Shown piece by piece: positions 58,181 through 64,000 of a stretch of DNA of 64,000 nucleotides. Under the pieces are notes generated by a model. That model was not told the origin of the DNA, searched no databases, and saw only the letters and a list, made by a program, of their open reading frames with translations. The stretch comes from an uncultured Lachnospiraceae bacterium (GTDB taxonomy: Bacteria; Bacillota; Clostridia; Lachnospirales; Lachnospiraceae). A program made the translations under genes and the position numbers. Where the stretch lies: NCBI GenBank assembly GCA_910587955.1, contig CAJUNN010000005.1, positions 7,268 to 71,267 on the forward strand. The letters run 5' to 3'. How positions within the stretch are numbered: position 1 is the first letter of the stretch; each line of letters starts with the position of its first letter.

Positions 58181-58936
58181 TTACTCCTGTACTCCCTTTC
58201 GAAACTCATGCGTAAAAGTTTTGTCATACAATTTGGACAATTCATAATCGTCTCCCAGGAAATCTCCTACCACGGTCAAAGCCGTTTTGCAAATTCCCGC
58301 AGCCTTCACCTTGTCTGCAATGTCCCGAAGCGTTCCCCGGACAATTTTCTGGTCCTCCCAGGTTGCTTTGTAGACCACCGCTGCGGGCGTATCCTCCCGG
58401 TATGCCTGCCGCAGGGTGGACGCCAGCTCTTCTATCATCCCCACGCTCAGAAAAATAATCATGGTAGCCTGATGCCTGGCCAGATCCAGAAGCTTCTCTC
58501 CCTCCGGCATAGGGGTCCGCCCCTCCATCCGGGTGAGAATTACCGTCTGGCTCACGCCCGGCAGGGTGTATTCCTTTTTCAGCACTGCAGCAGCAGCCAG
58601 GAAAGAACTGACGCCCGGAATTACTTCGTATGCAATCCCCATACGCTCCAAGGCGTCCATCTGCTCCCGGTGCGCTCCGTATACGGCCGGATCCCCCGTG
58701 TGGACCCGGACCACCTTAAGCCCCTTCTCTTCCCCGTCCTTCATCACCGCCAGCACCTCTTCCAGATTCATACCGGCGCTGTTGTAAATAACCGCACCCT
58801 CCTTGGCGTCTGAAAGTACCTGGGGATTTACAAGAGACCCCGCATAAATAATAATATCCGCACTATCGATTAATTTTTTCCCTTTGATGGTCAGAAGCTC
58901 CGGATCTCCCGGTCCTGCCCCGATAAATGATACCAT
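58181..58936 (-). CDS. cbiF: Cobalt-precorrin-4 C11-methyltransferase
   Basis: MVSFIGAGPGDPELLT ... VRVHTGDPAVYG. The start is set at the ATG at 58934-58936. It is the first gene after the riboswitch. Confidence 0.9.
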   Translation of the reverse strand: MVSFIGAGPGDPELLTIKGKKLIDSADIIIYAGSLVNPQVLSDAKEGAVIYNSAGMNLEEVLAVMKDGEEKGLKVVRVHTGDPAVYGAHREQMDALERMGIAYEVIPGVSSFLAAAAVLKKEYTLPGVSQTVILTRMEGRTPMPEGEKLLDLARHQATMIIFLSVGMIEELASTLRQAYREDTPAAVVYKATWEDQKIVRGTLRDIADKVKAAGICKTALTVVGDFLGDDYELSKLYDKTFTHEFRKGVQE

Positions 58937-58959
58937 ATATCCACTCCCTGCCTTTTTTT

Positions 58960-59196
58960 CACATAAGTAAAGATCCGCACGCAAAGCGGATCTTTCCCTC
59001 TCTTTATCAGAACCGCTTTCCTCGGAAGCCTGTCTAACCCGCACAGAAAGCAGGTTTCCTGACTTACAGTTCTTTGCTTGGCCGCCCCTTCTCACGCTTC
59101 TGGCGCAATGGTTTCTTCGGACCTCACTCCCTGAATACAGTGACCGGATCGTTTGGGGCTCTCACCCAATTCCCTTTTCTGTGCCTTTTGGCACAC
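58960..59196 (-). promoter_or_regulatory. Cobalt/cobalamin-sensing riboswitch (aptamer about 59041-59184) with a terminator-like expression platform
   Basis: The minus strand reads GCACAGAAAAGGGAATTGGGTGAGAGCCCC...CCGGTCACTGTA...GTAAGTCAGGAAACCTGCTTTCTGTGC. P1 is CACAGAAAG/CTTTCTGTG, and the B12-box-like AGTCAGGAAACCTGC is present. A downstream hairpin AAAGATCCGC-tttgcgt-GCGGATCTTT (about 58962-58995) follows. Confidence 0.85.
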
Positions 59197-59237
59197 ACTT
59201 TCTGCTCTTCATAAATTTCTTTTTGATCTTTTTTAAC

Positions 59238-59266
59238 AGTTTAGCATATGGAAAGCTGTTCGTCAA
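59238..59266 (-). promoter_or_regulatory. Promoter of the cobalamin operon
   Basis: On the minus strand: TTGACG (59261-59266), a 17-nt spacer, then TGcTAAACT, an extended -10 with the hexamer at 59238-59243. Confidence 0.55.
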
Positions 59267-59341
59267 ACGTGAGATAAGAAAAAATATCTCCAGCCGGACA
59301 CCCCGGTTGGAGATACGAAAAATTCTTTTTCTCTTTCAATC

Positions 59342-59755
59342 TTACAGATCAATCTTTCCGGCGGCCTTGCCGTTCACTACATAGTATGCAGCCGAATCCT
59401 CAGGCTTTACATACACGTCCAGGCTCTTCAGGGAAGATGCGCGGTGACCTTCCGCCACCCAGGCATTTTTCGCCTGTTCTGCAATATCCTCCAACCGGAA
59501 CTCCTTTCCTGCAAACTGAATATATACGTTCTGGCTCGCCGCTTCCTTTTCTGCCTTCGTAGTTTTTGTCGTTTTGGGCGCAGCCTTTGCCGCAGCCTTT
59601 CTGGGTTCTGCCGTCTTCTTTGCAGGAGCTTTCTCTACCTTTACCGCTTCTTCCTTCACGGCACTTTCTTTTGCCGGGGCTGTTACGTTCTCTGTTTTAG
59701 CAGATACCGCTGCCGCCGTTTTCTTCGGTATCTCCGTTCCCTTCTTAGCAGTCAT
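59342..59755 (-). CDS. Lys/Ala-rich protein with a conserved C-terminal domain (DUF6465-like)
   Basis: The start is set at MTAKKG with SD GAGGAGG. The AKKTAEPRKAAAKAAPKTTKTTKAEK region is followed by VYIQFAGKEF...LDVYVKPEDSAAYYVVNGKAAGKIDL. Confidence 0.55.
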   Translation of the reverse strand: MTAKKGTEIPKKTAAAVSAKTENVTAPAKESAVKEEAVKVEKAPAKKTAEPRKAAAKAAPKTTKTTKAEKEAASQNVYIQFAGKEFRLEDIAEQAKNAWVAEGHRASSLKSLDVYVKPEDSAAYYVVNGKAAGKIDL

Positions 59756-59809
59756 TTTAATCCTCCTCAATACTTCTTCCAAGAAAAGTGAAAAATCACC
59801 AACGACTTT

Positions 59810-59838
59810 ATTATAATCCCTTTCCCCTTTTTATGCAA
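59810..59838 (-). promoter_or_regulatory. Promoter of the K/A-rich protein gene
   Basis: On the minus strand: TTGCAT (59833-59838), a 17-nt spacer, then TATAAT (59810-59815). Confidence 0.5.
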
Positions 59839-60007
59839 CGAAGCCGGAATATTTCTCCAAATCCATCAATTTTCCCCAGTATTTCCACTGTTTTCCGGAA
59901 AAGCGCCTATATATGAAAAAAACTCCGTCCGGCCCGCCGGGTAAAAATCACGAAAGAAGGCTCTTTTAAGAAGGCTGTCGTAAGCGAAAGCACAACAGAG
60001 CAGATAC

Positions 60008-61243
60008 CTATGTTAACATATGAATAAAAAGACCGCTGCGCAGTTTGGGCTCAAACCAGGTGGATTTCGGCGGCATCAGCCGTCCGGCGTCTGCAACGGC
60101 AAACAATTCTCCGATAGAGGTGGGATACATGGCAAAGGCTGCCTCCATATCCGTATGTACCCGGCGCTCCAGCTCTTCAAGGCCCCGGATGCCTCCCACG
60201 AAATCCACGCGCCGGTCGGTTCTGGGATCCCCGATGCCCAGAACCGGATGAAGCAGTTCTCTTTGAAGAACGGACACATCCAGTCCCTCCACCGGATCGC
60301 CGTCTGCATATTCCGGTTTTATGGTCAGAAGATACCAGCCCGTTTTCATACACAGGGAAATTTCTCCCTTTTTCCCGGGATGCCGGGGACCGGACAAAGG
60401 TTCCGTAATAAAGACCTTTCTCACCTGCTCCAGAAATTCTTCCTGGCTTAAGCCGTTCAGATCCCGCACCACCCGGTTGTAATCCATAATCATCAATTCA
60501 TCGTCCGGGAAAAGCACCGAGAGAAAGTAATTAAATTCTTCCTCCCCCGTATATGCCGGATGAGCGGCTCTGCGCATGGTTCCCACCCGGACTGCGGAAG
60601 CTGCCCGGTGATGTCCATCCGCAATGTACAGGGAATCCATGCCGGCAAAAGCATTCCGGATCTCTTCCACAGTCCCAGCCTCCTCTATCCGCCAGCCCCG
60701 GTGGCCGATTCCGTCCTCCGAAACAAAGGAAAACATCGGCGTCTTTTCTTTCTCCCGGGACAGGATCTTGCGGAGCACCGGATGGCTCCGGTAAGCCAAA
60801 AAGATAGGGCCCGTCTGAGCATCGCAGGCATCCACATGCCGGACCCGGTCTTCCTCCTTCTCCCGCCTGGTATTCTCATGCTTTTTAATACGGTTTTCCA
60901 GGTAATCATCCACGGAAGCACAGGCCACGATTCCCGTCTGGCTGCGGCCGTCCATGGTCAGTTCATACAGATAATAAGCATTTCCCTCATCACGGACAAA
61001 GGACCCATCCGTCTTCATTTCCTCCAAAAGTTCCCGTGCTTTCCCGTAAACCGGATCCCCGTACATATCTGCATCGGCGGGGAACTGGGTCTCCGGCCGG
61101 TCAATCCGCAGAAAGGAACGGGGATGTCCCGCCACCGCCTCTCTGGCCTCCGCCCGGCTGTACACATCGTAAGGCAGCGCCGCAATTTCCGGCTCTCTTC
61201 CCGGAGCCGGCCGTAGGGCTGCGAAAGGTCTAACGTCAGCCAT
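60008..61243 (-). CDS. DUF1015 domain protein
   Basis: 411 aa. The N-terminus MADVRPFAALRPAPG... and overall layout match my recollection of DUF1015. The start codon shares 1 nt with the serA stop (TGATG). Confidence 0.75.
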   Translation of the reverse strand: MADVRPFAALRPAPGREPEIAALPYDVYSRAEAREAVAGHPRSFLRIDRPETQFPADADMYGDPVYGKARELLEEMKTDGSFVRDEGNAYYLYELTMDGRSQTGIVACASVDDYLENRIKKHENTRREKEEDRVRHVDACDAQTGPIFLAYRSHPVLRKILSREKEKTPMFSFVSEDGIGHRGWRIEEAGTVEEIRNAFAGMDSLYIADGHHRAASAVRVGTMRRAAHPAYTGEEEFNYFLSVLFPDDELMIMDYNRVVRDLNGLSQEEFLEQVRKVFITEPLSGPRHPGKKGEISLCMKTGWYLLTIKPEYADGDPVEGLDVSVLQRELLHPVLGIGDPRTDRRVDFVGGIRGLEELERRVHTDMEAAFAMYPTSIGELFAVADAGRLMPPKSTWFEPKLRSGLFIHMLT

Positions 61244-62406
61244 CAGCAGATCACCCGCACTTTCAAAACCCCCGGAAGCGCCTCCAGCTTGCGGATCAGC
61301 TCCGGACTTACCCGGTTTTCCAGATCAAACATGGAATAGGCATAATCCCCCCGGCTCTTGTTGGTCATATTTCCGATGTTGTGGTTTTCCTCACCCAGAA
61401 TCACCGTAAATTTATTCAGCATATTTTTCACATTCTTATGACAGATGGCAATCCGGGCAGGATAGCTGGGCACTCCCATATCGCAGTCCGGATAGTTCAC
61501 GGAATTTTTAATGTTTCCGTGTTCCAGATAGCAGCGCACCTCTTTGACTGCCATGCGGGCGCAGTTTTCCTCCGCCTCTTCCGTAGAGGCTCCCAGATGG
61601 GGAATTACAATGGTTCCCTTGGCCCCTGCCGTCACCGGATTGGGGAAATCCGTCACATAGCGCTTCACCTTTCCGGTACGCAGAGCCATTACCATAGCAT
61701 CCTCATCCACCAGCAGATCCCTGGCAAAATTCAGGACCACCACGCCTTCTTTCATGCGGTTGATGGCATCCTGATTCAGCATTTTCTTTGTGCTCTCTAA
61801 AAGCGGCACATGGATGGTAATATAATCGCACTCCCGGTAAATATCATCCACGTTGGTAATATGCCGGATATTTCTGGAAAGATTCCAGGCTGCCTCCACG
61901 GAAATGTAGGGGTCATATCCCAGCACCTCCATGCCCAGGTGGGTAGCCGTGTTGGCCACCTGGACGCCGATGGCTCCAAGGCCGATGATACCCAGCTTCT
62001 TTCCCTGGATCTCATGGCCCGCAAACTGCTTCTTCTGCTTCTCGGAAAGCTTTGCAATCTCCTCGTTCTGCCGCTCGGACTGGACCCAGTTCACGCCTCC
62101 TATAATATCCCTGGATGCCATCAGAAGTCCGGCGATTACCAGCTCCTTCACGCCGTTTGCATTGGCTCCCGGAGTATTGAACACTACAATCCCCTGCTCC
62201 GCACACTTTCCCAGGGGAATGTTGTTGACTCCGGCTCCCGCCCGGGCAATGGTATGTAAATTCTTCGGCAGCTCCATATCGTGCATGGCTGCACTGCGGA
62301 CCAGGAGCGCATCGGCCTCCTCCAGCTCTTCCACCTGGACATACTCCCTGGTAAAGTGATCCAGGCCGAACTTTGCGATTGGATTCAGGCATTTGTATTT
62401 ATACAT
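61243..62406 (-). CDS. serA: D-3-phosphoglycerate dehydrogenase
   Basis: 2-hydroxyacid dehydrogenase fold (GIIGLGAIG NAD motif) and a C-terminal ACT-like domain. The start is set at MYKYKCLNP, overlapping the serC stop by 8 nt. Confidence 0.88.
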   Translation of the reverse strand: MYKYKCLNPIAKFGLDHFTREYVQVEELEEADALLVRSAAMHDMELPKNLHTIARAGAGVNNIPLGKCAEQGIVVFNTPGANANGVKELVIAGLLMASRDIIGGVNWVQSERQNEEIAKLSEKQKKQFAGHEIQGKKLGIIGLGAIGVQVANTATHLGMEVLGYDPYISVEAAWNLSRNIRHITNVDDIYRECDYITIHVPLLESTKKMLNQDAINRMKEGVVVLNFARDLLVDEDAMVMALRTGKVKRYVTDFPNPVTAGAKGTIVIPHLGASTEEAEENCARMAVKEVRCYLEHGNIKNSVNYPDCDMGVPSYPARIAICHKNVKNMLNKFTVILGEENHNIGNMTNKSRGDYAYSMFDLENRVSPELIRKLEALPGVLKVRVIC

Positions 62407-63490
62407 GGGCTTTCTTTTCCTCCTCAAATTTTCTCATAAACTCCACAAGGGCCGAAACGCCCTCCCTCGGCATGGCGTTGTAAATGCTTGCCCGCATGCC
62501 GCCCACACTCCGGTGGCCTTTCAGATTGACAAGACCGGCTTCCGCAGCCGCCTTCACAAATTCCGCATCTGTCTGGGCATCTCCCGTTACAAAGGGCACG
62601 TTCATCCAGGAACGGTCTTCCTTTCTTACCGTTCCCCGGAACAGCCTGCTCTCATCCAGGAAATTATAGAGGAGAGACGCCTTTTCCTCGTTGCGGGCTT
62701 TCATGGCCTCCAGGCCTCCCATTCTCTGAATCCACTTAAATACCTTGCCGCACATATAGATGCAGTAGGCGTTGGGCGTATTGTAAAGGGAATTGGCATC
62801 TGCATGGATTTTGTACTTCATATAGGTAGGAGTTCCCGGCAGGGTATCCTCTGTGATCAGATCTTCCCGGATAATTGCAATCACCATGCCGGCCGGGCCG
62901 ATATTCTTCTGCACGCCTCCATAAATAAGGCCGTATTTCTCCACATCCATGGGTTCTGAGAGAAAGCAGGAAGATACATCGGACACAAGAAGCTTTCCTT
63001 TGGTATTGGGAAGGGTGTGAAACTTGGTCCCGTAGATGGTATTGTTCTCGCAGATGTATACATAGTCTGCATCGGGGCTGATATCCAGATCCGAACAGTC
63101 CGGGATATAGGAAAAGGTTTCGTCCTCAGAGGAAGCAATTTTATTGGCCTTCCCGTAAATCTGCGCCTCTTTCCAGGCTTTTTTCGCCCACTGTCCCGTG
63201 ACAATGTAATCTGCTGTCCGGTTCTTCATCAGATTCATGGGGATCATGGCAAACTGCAAATGGGCTCCCCCCTGCAGAAACAGCACTTTATAATGGGCCG
63301 GAATGTGCAGCAGATCCCGGATATCCTGCTCCGCTTCGTTTAAAATATCCTCAAACACTTTGGAGCGGTGGGACATCTCCATCACGGACATCCCCGTTCC
63401 CCGGTAATCCAGCATCTCCTTTGCAGCTTCGTTTAATACCTCCTCCGGCAGTACCGCCGGGCCTGCCGAAAAATTATATACGCGCTTCAT
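62399..63490 (-). CDS. serC: Phosphoserine aminotransferase
   Basis: MKRVYNFSAGPAVLPEEVL is the SerC hallmark. 363 aa. Confidence 0.93.
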   Translation of the reverse strand: MKRVYNFSAGPAVLPEEVLNEAAKEMLDYRGTGMSVMEMSHRSKVFEDILNEAEQDIRDLLHIPAHYKVLFLQGGAHLQFAMIPMNLMKNRTADYIVTGQWAKKAWKEAQIYGKANKIASSEDETFSYIPDCSDLDISPDADYVYICENNTIYGTKFHTLPNTKGKLLVSDVSSCFLSEPMDVEKYGLIYGGVQKNIGPAGMVIAIIREDLITEDTLPGTPTYMKYKIHADANSLYNTPNAYCIYMCGKVFKWIQRMGGLEAMKARNEEKASLLYNFLDESRLFRGTVRKEDRSWMNVPFVTGDAQTDAEFVKAAAEAGLVNLKGHRSVGGMRASIYNAMPREGVSALVEFMRKFEEEKKAHV

Positions 63491-63848
63491 ACTATTGGGT
63501 CCTCCTATTCCAGTTCCGCAGAAATCCCTTCAGCACCCTTCCTGTAGAAAGACTTCCGGCCGCGCTGCGTCCGTAATTCTTTCTGGGCGCTGCTTGGATT
63601 TCTGCTGTTTTTGATTCCAGTTCCGCAGAAATCCCTTCCAACACCCTTCCTATAGAAGAATTTACAGCCGCCAGGCGCCTGCAAATCCTTCTGGGCGTTG
63701 TACGGGTTTCTGCTGTTTTTTTGATTCTAATTCCCAGTTCCGCAGAAATCCCTTCAGCACCCTTCCTGTAGAAAGACTTCCGGCCGCGCTGCGTCCGTAA
63801 TTCTTTCCGGGCGCTGCTTGGATTTCTGCTGTTTTTGATTCCAGTTAA
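63491..63848 (-). repeat. Three tandem units (about 107-123 nt) of the dispersed structured repeat, forming the serC leader
   Basis: Units lie at about 63507-63613, 63614-63723 and 63724-63846, each starting att(c)cagttccgcagaaatccc and ending ttctgctgttttt(tt)g. Units 1 and 3 differ by about 1 nt over their shared length, and unit 2 is diverged. Confidence 0.9.
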
Positions 63849-63902
63849 TGCACTTTATTTTACAGAATCGTTAAAAACATGTCAATGTAAAAAAGCAACA
63901 AA

Positions 63903-64000
63903 TCAGTCCCCGGAAACAACCTTTTTTTGCATTTCCTGATATTCCTTCCGGCGAAGTTCCTGTCCGACCATCACAAGGGCTGCCAAGCCTGCGGATGCGT
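63903..64000 (-). CDS. C-terminal fragment of an unidentified protein; the gene runs off the right edge
   Basis: The reverse frame ends ...ASAGLAALVMVGQELRRKEYQEMQKKVVSGD-stop (TGA at 63903-63905). It is too short to identify. Confidence 0.3.
   Translation of the reverse strand, partial: ASAGLAALVMVGQELRRKEYQEMQKKVVSGD

Noticed and set aside
63491-63848. Tandem repeats interpreted as a CRISPR array
   Set aside because: The units are contiguous with no unique spacers, are about 107 nt long, and no cas genes are present. The same applies to the arrays at 7922-8152 and 14437-14660.
63491-63848. Ser-specific T-box leader upstream of serC
   Set aside because: No conserved T-box motif or specifier-loop architecture is present. 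The sequence is fully explained by three repeat units.

Overview
This is a chromosomal window of about 55% GC from a Firmicutes/Clostridia-like genome, an inference from gene content such as YlmC/YmxH, CarD, DUF5688 and YesMN-type regulators. Almost all genes lie on the minus strand.

Gene content from left to right:
- a CUT2 sugar ABC transporter with a YesM/YesN-type two-component system and an L-arabinose cluster (FGGY kinase, araA, araR)
- mscS, glgB, a Cof hydrolase, ligA and a pseudouridine synthase
- a low-GC two-gene ABC-type ATPase + RloB/Toprim-like module, a candidate PARIS/AbiL-like defence island
- gdhA and several small hypothetical genes
- a lone tRNA-Arg(CCG) followed by a low-GC pair of radical SAM enzymes
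- efp, pepP, yqeG, a DMT transporter, nrdR, ylmC and carD
- a DUF362 protein, an Fe-S aldo/keto reductase, glgX and metA
- a frameshifted DUF3800 gene in a low-GC islet
- an 18-gene, roughly 19 kb anaerobic cobalamin operon (40129-58936) behind a cobalamin riboswitch, with the multi-domain fusions HemC-CobA-HemD and CbiJ-CbiE-CbiT
- a K/A-rich protein gene, then a serC-serA-DUF1015 operon

The most unusual unannotated signal is a dispersed family of tandem, hairpin-forming repeats of about 105-110 nt. It fills the leaders or intercistronic gaps of at least six unrelated minus-strand genes. Its 3' end (GCGGAACTGGAATAGGAGG) supplies their Shine-Dalgarno sequence.

All functional calls come from motif recognition by eye in the supplied translations. 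No database search was run.
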